Source: Candidatus Doudnabacteria bacterium
Lineage (GTDB): Bacteria > Patescibacteriota > JAQUNI01
Length of the DNA stretch: 64,000 bases
Reading direction: 5' to 3'
Assembly: GCA_041644975.1 (NCBI GenBank)
Contig: JBAZQX010000005.1
Location: 13,068-77,067, forward strand
Shown here: piece after piece, positions 1 through 8,475 of the stretch
How the letters are laid out: every line of letters begins with the position of its first letter
Numbering within the stretch: the stretch's first letter is position 1
Translations under genes and position numbers: made by a program
Notes under the pieces: generated by a model
Databases searched by the model: none
Told to the model about the DNA's origin: nothing
The model's input: the letters and a program-made list of their open reading frames with translations, nothing else

Positions 1-721
1 CAACAGTGGTGATTTGATTCCAATCCCCTTCAATGCTCACCACATGTCTGCCGCCGGCTAGTTCAATAATTTGATAAATCAAAGTCCGAGTGGGAGCTGT
101 CCAAAGAGGATCGTGCCAGATCTCTAAGAACACCTTCGGTCTTTGGTCATCCGGGAGATTACTGGTTTTTTCTTGAACGACCCTCACCCTTTTATCCAAG
201 ATAACTGTTAAATCCTGGGCTTCTTGAGATTTCCCCGTAAGTTTCCCTAAATTTTTAATTTGGGCTAATAAATCTTCAACGGTTTCCGCTTCCAACACAT
301 AAACTTTAATATCAAGCTCTTCTAGTCTCTCTATGGCTTGTTTTTGCACTCCACTTGTCGTAAAAACCACATCAGGGTTCAAAGAGATAATTTTTTCCAA
401 ATTGGGGGTAGCAAAACCACCAATTTTTTCTTTGGAAGCTACCTTTTCAGGAGGATAGTCGCAATAATCTGTTATTCCCACAATTTCTTTATCCAAACCC
501 AAGGCAAAAAGGATTTCTGTATTTGAAGGAGCTAGTGAAACAATCCTTTGTGGCTTTTGTTCAAGGACAATTTCCTTTCCCCTGGAATCTATGGCGGAAA
601 AAATAGCTTTCGCTGGGCTGGGAATCTCTTTCTGCGGGCTCTCCTGGATCTTCCAAATTACATAGAGAGCCATAAAAATAATTATAACCAAACAAATTGT
701 TAACCAAAAAAACTTTTTCAT
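1..721 (-). CDS. ABC transporter periplasmic substrate-binding protein, BtuF/FhuD-like (cluster A-2); 3' partial, runs off window
   Basis: Minus-strand ORF from ATG at 719-721 reads MKKFFWLTICLVIIIFMALY...RIVSLAPSNTEILFALGL...IVGITDYCDYP. It has a signal/TM anchor and the motif typical of vitamin B12/siderophore binding proteins. It is absent from the ORF track because there is no stop inside the window. Confidence 0.7.
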   Translation of the reverse strand, partial: MKKFFWLTICLVIIIFMALYVIWKIQESPQKEIPSPAKAIFSAIDSRGKEIVLEQKPQRIVSLAPSNTEILFALGLDKEIVGITDYCDYPPEKVASKEKIGGFATPNLEKIISLNPDVVFTTSGVQKQAIERLEELDIKVYVLEAETVEDLLAQIKNLGKLTGKSQEAQDLTVILDKRVRVVQEKTSNLPDDQRPKVFLEIWHDPLWTAPTRTLIYQIIELAGGRHVVSIEGDWNQITTV

Positions 722-807
722 AGATTTATCTTTTTAAATTAATTAATTATAATTGACAGTGAGGGAAAAATGAAAGTTTGCTTTCATTTTGACCGAACGA
801 ACCAATT

Positions 808-1533
808 TCAAGCTTTGCTTATAATTTTGACCTTGTGCAGCTTCTGTTTATTCCTCACTTGCCACTTCTGAATATCTAAAAACCAATGGGGCCAGAAACC
901 TCTCCTCTGAACCGTCCGGCTTTTTGTTATTTCTATCCCCCCTCCTTTGAATAGAGGACCATCAATGACAAAAGTGTGAAATTCTCCATTTTCGCCGCAA
1001 GGGCAGATTTTCCTTTCTTTAAGCTCTTGTAAAAATTGATGATTTATTTCACGACCAATAATATCTTTCTCAAATAATTCTGCTTTGGCACTCACAACCA
1101 CTGCCTTAAAACCCAAATGGATAAACTCTTCAATAATTTCCTCGGGAGATATTTGCCATAGAGGTTCTATTACTTTTATTTTTAAATCCTTACAAACCCT
1201 TTGCACCCAATTTTTATGTTCTGTTAAATAAATATCTCCAAAAACCATTCCTTTGACTTTTTTCGTTTTCAGATGGTTTACTGCCTCTTTAAACTCCTTC
1301 TCATAAAGCTTCATATCAGGACTAACCTTCTTTTGAAACAAAGAGATACCGATCAAATCCGCCTGTAAATTAATTAACTCTCTTTGGATGCCATGAAAAC
1401 AGCATCTTTTATACTTTTCAGAAATAAAATTTAAAAGATATCTTATTTGATAGCCCCTTTCCATTGCTTTATAACAAGCAAGACAGCTATCTTTGCCTCC
1501 ACTCCAGGAAGCAGCTACTTCTAAATTAACCAT
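808..1533 (-). CDS. PP-loop ATP pyrophosphatase, Dph6/MJ0570-like (diphthine-ammonia ligase family)
   Basis: SGGKDS PP-loop at N-terminus and an approximately 240 aa alpha/beta ATPase architecture. The gene is embedded in the cobalamin operon. Confidence 0.65.
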   Translation of the reverse strand: MVNLEVAASWSGGKDSCLACYKAMERGYQIRYLLNFISEKYKRCCFHGIQRELINLQADLIGISLFQKKVSPDMKLYEKEFKEAVNHLKTKKVKGMVFGDIYLTEHKNWVQRVCKDLKIKVIEPLWQISPEEIIEEFIHLGFKAVVVSAKAELFEKDIIGREINHQFLQELKERKICPCGENGEFHTFVIDGPLFKGGGIEITKSRTVQRRGFWPHWFLDIQKWQVRNKQKLHKVKIISKA

Positions 1534-1656
1534 ACCCTATAGAATAACTTTGACATTATTGTGTGGTCAAAGTTTTAAAAATTAGTCTATTTATTTAATA
1601 AAAATTTTCTCTATACCCCATATCACATTTCTTGAAAAACCTTAGTCAAAATTTCT

Positions 1657-2451
1657 CTACGGGGCATACAAACTTAAATTAATAGAATTAATACAATAAA
1701 CGGAGACCAAAAATACTACTTCTATTGTTTCAATAATTGCGCCGTAGGTGTCTCCAGTCATTCCGCTTATCTTTCTATTTATCCATCTACCTAACAAAAT
1801 TAGGACCATAAATACCCCTAACCAAATCACAATTCCCTTTAATTGAAGTAATAAACCTATTAAAATAGCCATAAAGAGAGTAGCCCCAATTAACTCTTTT
1901 TCCCCTACTAATTTAGCAAATGGTTCTCCAATGCCCTTTCCTTTTCTCGCATAAGGATAGATTTTAGCAAGATAGACAACGCCCCACCTTGAAAGAGCTG
2001 GCATCAAAATTAAAACTGGATAACGAACAGCGGGTTGCATCTCATTTAAAAAAGAGAATTTTAGTGACAACAGACAAATAACTGCCAATATACCAAAAGA
2101 TCCTATTTTACTATCTCGCATAATCTCTAATATTCTATTTTTATTCTGGCCAGAGAAGAGACCATCTATTGAATCCATAAAGCCATCTAGATGTAAAGCG
2201 CCGGTAACTATTATTAAGATAATCAATATAAACAGATTAACAATTGCATCAGGAAAAAGAGGTCCGAAGATGAAATCAACCGCTACCAGCAGCAACCCAA
2301 TTAATGCTCCCACCAATGGAAAATAGCTGACGGATTTTGCCAGTTCTTTATCTTGAATCTCCCAGTCTTTACCAACAGGAAGAATAGTCAAAAATTTAAG
2401 GGCAACTAAAAAAGATTTCACCCCATTAGAAATTTTGCTTTTTTGAAACAT
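1657..2451 (-). CDS. cobS: adenosylcobinamide-GDP ribazoletransferase (cobalamin synthase)
   Basis: Polytopic membrane protein with the CobS signature ALHLDGFMDSIDGLFS. Confidence 0.85.
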   Translation of the reverse strand: MFQKSKISNGVKSFLVALKFLTILPVGKDWEIQDKELAKSVSYFPLVGALIGLLLVAVDFIFGPLFPDAIVNLFILIILIIVTGALHLDGFMDSIDGLFSGQNKNRILEIMRDSKIGSFGILAVICLLSLKFSFLNEMQPAVRYPVLILMPALSRWGVVYLAKIYPYARKGKGIGEPFAKLVGEKELIGATLFMAILIGLLLQLKGIVIWLGVFMVLILLGRWINRKISGMTGDTYGAIIETIEVVFLVSVYCINSINLSLYAP

Positions 2452-2497
2452 AGTGATTCAATCTATTGACCCGCTAGAATATAATTTCTAACGGGGT

Positions 2498-3601
2498 TCA
2501 TAATTTTTTAGAAACCGAGGCTTCTTCAAAGGTAGCCATCTCATTTAATATTTTAGTCGCCGCTTCAATAATACCTATCCCCAAGGCCGCACCAGTGCCC
2601 TCACCAAGTCGCAGTTCAAGATCAAATAGGGGTTCAAGTCCCATTTTGTCTAAAATGATTTTATGGCCTCTTTCAACTGAACAGTGGGCGGCAAATAAGT
2701 AATCTTTAACTTGAGGCGCCAAACTGTAAGCTATCAAGCCAGCAGCCCCAACAATAAAACCATCAAGGACTACCGGGAGTTGATGGGCTGCCCCAGCCAA
2801 AATTACCCCAACAAGTCCCCCTATTTCAAAACCGCCAACTTTCGCTAAAGTATCTATAAGGTCTCTTGGGTTAGGTTGATTGATCTCCAGGGCTTGTCTA
2901 ATTACCTCTATTTTGTGCTCAAGTATAGCATCATCAATACCCGTGCCACGGCCAGTGACTTCTCTTACATCGGTGCCAGTGATAGCGGCTGTAATAGCGC
3001 TTGAAGAAGTAGTATTACCTATTCCCATATCGCCTGTGCCAATTATATCTACTCCTCGAGAGAGTTCATCTTCAACCAGCTCCATTCCTGTTTTAATCGA
3101 TTGAATTGCCTGTTCATAACTCATAGCCGGGCCCCTTGCTATATTCTTAGTTCCATAAGCCACCTTTTTATTAACTATTTCTGGGCGGGGTTCTAAATCT
3201 GTGGCCACTCCCATATCTACCACAATAATCCGAGCTCCAACATGCCTGGCTAAAACATTAATACCTGCTCCGCCTCCCGCGAAGTTATAAACCATCTGGG
3301 CAGTTACTTCCACTGGATAAGCGCTCACTCCTTCAGCTACTACTCCATGATCTCCGGCCAGGATAAATATAACCTTTTGTTTAATCACCGGGGTAAGATG
3401 ACCTTTTATCCCTGAAATTCTCTCAGCTATTTCCTCGATTCTTCCTAGGCTACCAAGCGGTTTGGTCAGATTATCTAATCTTTCCCGGGCCTTCTTCATT
3501 ACCTCTTTATTTATTGGTTTAATTTTTGAGATTGTTTCTTTGATACTTCGACACGGCTCAGTATCAACCCTGAGCTTGTCGAATAGGTTGATTCTTTCCA
3601 T
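2498..3601 (-). CDS. cobT: nicotinate-nucleotide--dimethylbenzimidazole phosphoribosyltransferase
   Basis: CobT-like motifs AGDHGV, GIGNTT and DGFIVGAAG; about 350 aa. Overlaps cobU by 38 nt. Confidence 0.85.
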   Translation of the reverse strand: MERINLFDKLRVDTEPCRSIKETISKIKPINKEVMKKARERLDNLTKPLGSLGRIEEIAERISGIKGHLTPVIKQKVIFILAGDHGVVAEGVSAYPVEVTAQMVYNFAGGGAGINVLARHVGARIIVVDMGVATDLEPRPEIVNKKVAYGTKNIARGPAMSYEQAIQSIKTGMELVEDELSRGVDIIGTGDMGIGNTTSSSAITAAITGTDVREVTGRGTGIDDAILEHKIEVIRQALEINQPNPRDLIDTLAKVGGFEIGGLVGVILAGAAHQLPVVLDGFIVGAAGLIAYSLAPQVKDYLFAAHCSVERGHKIILDKMGLEPLFDLELRLGEGTGAALGIGIIEAATKILNEMATFEEASVSKKL

Positions 3602-4109
3602 ATTGTTTTATATTAATCGGGATACCAGCAAACATTACATAAAATTCATCCGATGCCTCAGCAAACATCTGATTTGTCCTACCTAAAACATCGCGATAGT
3701 CTCTGCCGAGTTTAGTTTCTGGGTGAAGACCACACCCCACCTCATTAGAAACTAAAATAACATCGGACTCTGACTCCTTAATAGCCTTAATTATCTTTTT
3801 AATATGATCTAAAATCTGGGTTTCCGGTAAATCCATTAAATAAGAGGTATAAATAGTTAGGCAATCCATCAGAATGACTCCGTTCTTCTCTTGTCTAATC
3901 TTTTTATCTAAATTACTCTTAACTTCTATGGTTTTCCACTCCTTAGGTCTAGTATTTTTATGAATTTTAATTCTTCTCCTCATATCCGAATCCATAGGCG
4001 TAGCAGTAGCTATAAAGGTAACTTTTTTACCTGATTTTTGAGCCAATTCAAGGGCAAAACTACTTTTTCCGGCTCTCACTCCACCTAAAATAAAGATCAG
4101 TTTTCCCAT
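3564..4109 (-). CDS. cobU: bifunctional adenosylcobinamide kinase / adenosylcobinamide-phosphate guanylyltransferase
   Basis: P-loop GGVRAGKSSFA, about 180 aa, typical CobU/CobP size and motifs. Confidence 0.85.
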   Translation of the reverse strand: MGKLIFILGGVRAGKSSFALELAQKSGKKVTFIATATPMDSDMRRRIKIHKNTRPKEWKTIEVKSNLDKKIRQEKNGVILMDCLTIYTSYLMDLPETQILDHIKKIIKAIKESESDVILVSNEVGCGLHPETKLGRDYRDVLGRTNQMFAEASDEFYVMFAGIPINIKQYGKNQPIRQAQG

Positions 4110-4140
4110 AAAGCTTGCCCGACAGTAGAGCTCTGCTCTA

Positions 4141-4734
4141 CTATAGGGTATGATTAATTAAAGAAATTATACTCATGTTCTTATAGATTTCTATTATATT
4201 TATGGCTCCTATATCTTGTTTAATTTGCCACAAATAAGAAGAAGGCAAGTTTAAAAGACTGCAAATTATAATCCTATTTACGCCAGCATGAGAAACAATC
4301 ACCACCGTTCCTTCTTCTTTGGTTAAAATTTGCTCCAATACCTTATTTACCCTGTTTTTGAATTTCCGGAAAGATTCTCCTCCGGGAATTTTTGTATTCA
4401 GAGGATCTAAAAGATATTTTTGCGCTAGATTAGGATATTTTTTTTGAATCTGGTAAAATGTCTTTTCTTTCCAACTGCCAAAATCAAACTCATTAAACCC
4501 TTCCTCTTTCCTGATCTTTAAGCAATACGGTTTAGCAATAACAGTGGCCGTTTGATAAGCCCGTTTTAAACCACTTGAATAAATGGTGGAAATACTTTTA
4601 TTTTTTAAGTAGCCAGAAATGCGTTCGGCTTGTTCCCAACCTTTTCGGTTTAGGGCGACATCAGTCACTCCTAAATATCTTTGTTGCCTGCTCCCTTCAA
4701 CTGCCGTATGTCTTATTAAAATTAACTCAATCAT
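4141..4734 (-). CDS. cobC: histidine phosphatase family protein, probable alpha-ribazole-5'-phosphate phosphatase
   Basis: The N-terminal LIRHTA is an RHG-type phosphohistidine motif. The operon context with cobU/T/S supports a CobC role. Confidence 0.6.
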   Translation of the reverse strand: MIELILIRHTAVEGSRQQRYLGVTDVALNRKGWEQAERISGYLKNKSISTIYSSGLKRAYQTATVIAKPYCLKIRKEEGFNEFDFGSWKEKTFYQIQKKYPNLAQKYLLDPLNTKIPGGESFRKFKNRVNKVLEQILTKEEGTVVIVSHAGVNRIIICSLLNLPSSYLWQIKQDIGAINIIEIYKNMSIISLINHTL

Positions 4735-4744
4735 TTTATTACTT

Positions 4745-4995
4745 TAAAACCCACTCTCTTCGAGTGGGTTTATCTATATTTATAGTATAAATAATACCTT
4801 TCTCTTTAGCTCGAAGAGAAAATAAGTGTGGTCTATAAGAATGCGGGATCAGCGCTCTGGCTTGTCCCAACAGACTTGTTGGGCTTCACAGTTGCGGCAC
4901 AGCGCCTGATTTATACAGGACTTTCCTGACCGACCCAAACTGCAAGTTTGGGCTGCATCTTTTTTTGAACAACGTTCAAGATATAACTTTATAAT
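4745..4995 (-). ncRNA. candidate cobalamin (B12) riboswitch in 5' leader of the cob operon
   Basis: The minus-strand leader contains GCGCUGUGCCGCAACUGUGAAG, close to the conserved GCnGCnCCCGCAACUGUAA core. A hairpin cccaacaagucuguuggg follows, then ACAAGCCAGAGCGCUGAUCCCGC resembling the B12-box AAGCCAGGAnACCUGCC. Upstream is GGUCAGGAAAGUCC resembling GGUGAAAAUCC. A terminator-type hairpin at 4747-4771 lies 13 nt before the cobC start. Confidence 0.4.
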
Positions 4996-5156
4996 ATACC
5001 TTAACTTTATCCCTTGTCAAAAACTACAGTTAAAATAAATATTTGGAATCCTCGATATTATTTCTTACTTCTTTAGATATACACTCCTCTTTTCTTTAAT
5101 CGATCTCTTTCAATGCCGTGCATTACGACCCAAAGGAACCATAACCTGAAATAAAG

Positions 5157-5190
5157 AAACAACCCCATGAAAACCCGGGGTTGTTTTTGA
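5157..5190. terminator. bidirectional hairpin terminator downstream of ABC-2 operon
   Basis: aaacaacccc atgaaaaccc ggggttgttttt. A GC stem with flanking T-runs in both orientations. Confidence 0.5.
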
Positions 5191-5208
5191 TATTAATAGA
5201 TTTCAGGG

Positions 5209-5991
5209 TCAATTTTTCTTGTTAAACGCGATCACGGCGGCGGAGACTAAAACCGCGGAAAAGACGACCAAAAACAATACATTAATATAGATGGGGTGTA
5301 AGATAAGGCGATGGCTAACCTCGGGCGAGATATGGTTATGCAAAAAAATCTGCCGCATTGCGTCCACGCCATAGGTCAAAGGGTTTAAGCGCGATAAAGC
5401 CATCATCCAGCTAGGCACGCTCGTCAGCGGAAAGAAAGCGCCGGAAAGAAAAAACATTGGGAAAACCAAAACTTGCATTAAAAGCCCAAAACTCTCCGTG
5501 GTCTTCATTAAAGAAGCGATAAACAAACCCATCCCCGCCACGGCAAAAGAAAGAAGGAGCATTAAGGAAAAAATCTCGGGAATCATCGCAAGATGCAAAT
5601 CCAGTCCAATAAAAGGAGCAATCACCAATAAAATCAGCCCCTGCAAAACGGCGATGGTCGTCGCCCCTAAAGTTTTGCCAATCGCAATCGCCGTGCGCGA
5701 AACTGGAGCGACCAAAATCTCTTTCAAAAAACCAAATTCCCGATCCCAGACCGTGGAAATGGTGGAAAAAAACGCCACTCCCATCACGCTCATCGCGATA
5801 ATCCCCGGATACATAAACTGGATAAAATCCACGCCGAAATCTCCCCGCGCCAAAGTGCTACTTAAACCCGCGCCAAAGATCACTAAAAACATCAAGGGCT
5901 GGAAAAGAGTGGAAAAAATCCTGGTTTTATCCCGCCAATAGCGGATAATTTCGCGCTGCCAAATTGTAATGATAGGTTGAATAAAATACAT
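5209..5991 (-). CDS. ABC-2 type transporter permease
   Basis: Six TM helices and an N-terminal IWQREIIRYWRDKTRIF motif typical of the ABC-2 family. Confidence 0.8.
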   Translation of the reverse strand: MYFIQPIITIWQREIIRYWRDKTRIFSTLFQPLMFLVIFGAGLSSTLARGDFGVDFIQFMYPGIIAMSVMGVAFFSTISTVWDREFGFLKEILVAPVSRTAIAIGKTLGATTIAVLQGLILLVIAPFIGLDLHLAMIPEIFSLMLLLSFAVAGMGLFIASLMKTTESFGLLMQVLVFPMFFLSGAFFPLTSVPSWMMALSRLNPLTYGVDAMRQIFLHNHISPEVSHRLILHPIYINVLFLVVFSAVLVSAAVIAFNKKN

Positions 5992-6988
5992 AAAAGTTTT
6001 GTTTCAATAGGGCTTTTTTAATGTCTGTGCATTCTCCCGCGAGCGCGCATCCGCTCTTGCGATGATGCTTGCTGCTTCCGAATGGCGCGACCAGTAAGGC
6101 GCAAAAAACATCCTCCAGAGTGGGCTTGCGAAGCGCGATCGCGTCAATCTTAGTCGTGAGTTCATTAAAAAGACGCGGCAAAAATCTTTCGCCGTCTTGC
6201 ACTTCCAGTTGCAAAATATGATCCTTCTCTTTAATCTTGGTTTGATATCGCGCTTGCAGCTCTTCTTTTAATCTTTCTTCATCCCCGCTTTTCATTTCAA
6301 TAATATCGCACCCCACTTTCTTCTTTAAATTGGAAGGCGTGTCTAGAGCCACCAACTTGCCATAATCAATAATCCCGATCCGGTCGCAATATTCCGCTTC
6401 ATTCATATAATGCGTGGTCATAAAAATGGTCATCGCTCGCTCTTCTTTTAATTTCAAAATATATTCCCAAAAATGCGCCCGCGTTTGAGGATCAAGGCCT
6501 ATCGTCGGCTCATCCAAAAAAAGTACTTGCGGATAATGGATTAAACCCCGCGCGATCTCCAAACGGCGCTTCATTCCTCCGGAAAATTTTTTGACGATGT
6601 CTTTGCGGCGATCCCAAAGGTCCACAAGGCGCAATACTTCTTCCATCCGTTTTTTATACTCTTCTTTAGGCACGCCATAAAGCTTAGCGTGAAAACGCAG
6701 ATTCTCTTCGCTGGTCAGATGATCGTCCAGAGAAGGGTCTTGAAAAACAAGCCCTATGGACTTGCGCACCTTGTCCCTCTCCGAGAGAACATTAAAACTA
6801 TTGATATACGCCTTCCCCGTCGTAGGAGTAAGGAGCGTGGAGAGAATATTAATCGTCGTGGACTTGCCCGCGCCATTAGGCCCCAAGAAACCAAAAATCT
6901 CCCCTTTTTGGACATTAAAAGAGAGGGCGTTAACCGCCGTAACCTCGCCGAATCTCTTGGTTAAATTTTGGACTTCAATGATATTCAT
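5927..6988 (-). CDS. ABC transporter ATP-binding protein (with odd approximately 60 aa C-terminal extension overlapping permease start)
   Basis: Walker A GPNGAGKST, signature LSGGMKRRLEIA, Walker B LFLDEPT, H-loop. Confidence 0.8.
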   Translation of the reverse strand: MNIIEVQNLTKRFGEVTAVNALSFNVQKGEIFGFLGPNGAGKSTTINILSTLLTPTTGKAYINSFNVLSERDKVRKSIGLVFQDPSLDDHLTSEENLRFHAKLYGVPKEEYKKRMEEVLRLVDLWDRRKDIVKKFSGGMKRRLEIARGLIHYPQVLFLDEPTIGLDPQTRAHFWEYILKLKEERAMTIFMTTHYMNEAEYCDRIGIIDYGKLVALDTPSNLKKKVGCDIIEMKSGDEERLKEELQARYQTKIKEKDHILQLEVQDGERFLPRLFNELTTKIDAIALRKPTLEDVFCALLVAPFGSSKHHRKSGCALAGECTDIKKALLKQNFYVFYSTYHYNLAARNYPLLAG

Positions 6989-6993
6989 ATTTT

Positions 6994-7026
6994 ACCCCGT
7001 TAGAGAACAAGATTCTCTAACGGGGT
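6994..7026. repeat. palindromic repeat family 2 (ACCCCGTTAGAGAAC...GTTCTCTAACGGGGT), short copy
   Basis: Perfect hairpin; related copies at 7978-8090, 22684-22716 and 46812-46888. Confidence 0.8.
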
Positions 7027-7117
7027 TTACAAATTCTAGTCTGATGTTCTTATTATATACTGCATTGCCAATATTATAAAATCGCTCTTTTTTATGATTT
7101 TTGTTATAATAATCCAT

Positions 7118-7678
7118 ATGAATATTGAGGTGGAAACTAAAATTCAATTAGAGAGTTTAGAAAAAGTGCGCAAAAAATTAAAGACCATTGGAGGTAGTTT
7201 GAAAGAGTCAATGCGCCAAATTGATGAATATTATGTCCCCTGCCACCGCGATTTTTTCTTAAGCCAACCCTGCGTTGAATGGCTCCGCGTGAGGCAAAAT
7301 CCCGACCGCGCGATTTTTGAATACGACAAATCTATTGTCTGCCGCAAAGACAGCGCCCAAAATTATGCTGAAGAATATGAAGTAGAAGTAAAACAACCCG
7401 AGAACCTTAGAAAAATTCTAAAATTTTTGGATTTCAAAAAAATCGTCACTGTTGATAAACAAAGAGAATATTGGCAATGTGAAGATTTCGAAATCGCTTT
7501 GGATCAAGTCAAAAATCTCGGTTTTTTCATAGAAGTAGAAGCACAAGGCAATTTTCTAAATACTAAAATAGCAAGAGCGGGTTGTGCTCGCTTTTTAACC
7601 CAAAAATTAGGAATCAAGGATTGGCAAAAACGGCAGGTTAAAACCGGGTATCCGGTTTTGCTTTTAAAAAAAATGTAA
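7118..7678 (+). CDS. CYTH-domain protein (triphosphate tunnel metalloenzyme / class IV adenylyl cyclase family)
   Basis: The EVETKIQL...E.E beta-strand start and size are typical of CYTH. Start moved to Met 9 of the track ORF. Confidence 0.65.
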   Translation: MNIEVETKIQLESLEKVRKKLKTIGGSLKESMRQIDEYYVPCHRDFFLSQPCVEWLRVRQNPDRAIFEYDKSIVCRKDSAQNYAEEYEVEVKQPENLRKILKFLDFKKIVTVDKQREYWQCEDFEIALDQVKNLGFFIEVEAQGNFLNTKIARAGCARFLTQKLGIKDWQKRQVKTGYPVLLLKKM

Positions 7679-7684
7679 TGATTA

Positions 7685-7715
7685 GTAGAGACGTTATATT
7701 ACAACGTCTCTATAC
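7685..7715. repeat. palindromic repeat family 1 variant (GTAGAGACG-loop-CGTCTCTAC)
   Basis: Hairpin gtagagacgttatattacaacgtctctatac immediately after the CYTH stop. Confidence 0.8.
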
Positions 7716-7725
7716 GAAAATATAT

Positions 7726-8457
7726 ATGATGAATTCTGATCAAAAAACAATTAAAACATACAATAAAATCGCCAAAGAATACGCCGCCCGCGGTTATAGT
7801 AACCCGCTTTTTTGGCACAGGGAATTTAAAATTTTTCAAAAATTGATTTCGGGGAAAAAGATTATAGACATTGGATGTGGGTCGGGCAAAGATGCATTGC
7901 TGTTTATAAAGAACAAATTCGATTATATTGGCATTGATGCCTCTTCCGGATTGCTTCGCGAAGCGCGCAAGTTCATAAACCCCGTTAGAGAACCTCATTC
8001 TCTAAACCCGTCTAGAAATCTATTTCTAACGGGGTCGGCTTTAAAAAATTCTAACCACCAACTAAAGTCGGTGGCTTTCTCTAACGGGGTAAAAAGCGGC
8101 AAATTTATTTTGATGAATTTCTACAAATTAAATTTTCCCCGAAATCATTTTGACGGCTTTTGGGCTGCTGCTTCCCTCCTGCACATCCCCAAACGCCGCG
8201 TCGCCAAGGTCCTTCGCGCCATTAGAAAAATTATTAAACCCCAAGGCGTAGGATTTATCGCCCTCAAAGAAAAAAGACATCTTGACGAAGGCATCATCAA
8301 AGAAAAAAAACACGGCGGGATTGAGCGGTATTTCGCTTTTTACACTAAATCAGAATTCAAAAAAATTTTAGAACAGAACGGATTTGAAATTTTAAAAAAC
8401 CATATTCGTCAAGAAGAAGATACAAATTGGCTTTGCTATTTTGTGAAGAAAATATAA
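7726..8457 (+). CDS. class I SAM-dependent methyltransferase carrying an in-frame repeat-derived insertion
   Basis: Motif I IIDIGCGSGKDA and post-I IGIDAS. A 38 aa insert is encoded by the family-2 palindromic element. Confidence 0.65.
   Translation: MMNSDQKTIKTYNKIAKEYAARGYSNPLFWHREFKIFQKLISGKKIIDIGCGSGKDALLFIKNKFDYIGIDASSGLLREARKFINPVREPHSLNPSRNLFLTGSALKNSNHQLKSVAFSNGVKSGKFILMNFYKLNFPRNHFDGFWAAASLLHIPKRRVAKVLRAIRKIIKPQGVGFIALKEKRHLDEGIIKEKKHGGIERYFAFYTKSEFKKILEQNGFEILKNHIRQEEDTNWLCYFVKKI
7978..8090. repeat. palindromic repeat family 2, long composite copy inside methyltransferase CDS
   Basis: aaccccgttagagaacctcattctctaaacccgtctagaaatctatttctaacgggg...ctttctctaacggggt. Near-identical to 46812-46888. 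Confidence 0.8.
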
Positions 8458-8475
8458 ACTTACACATCTAATCTT

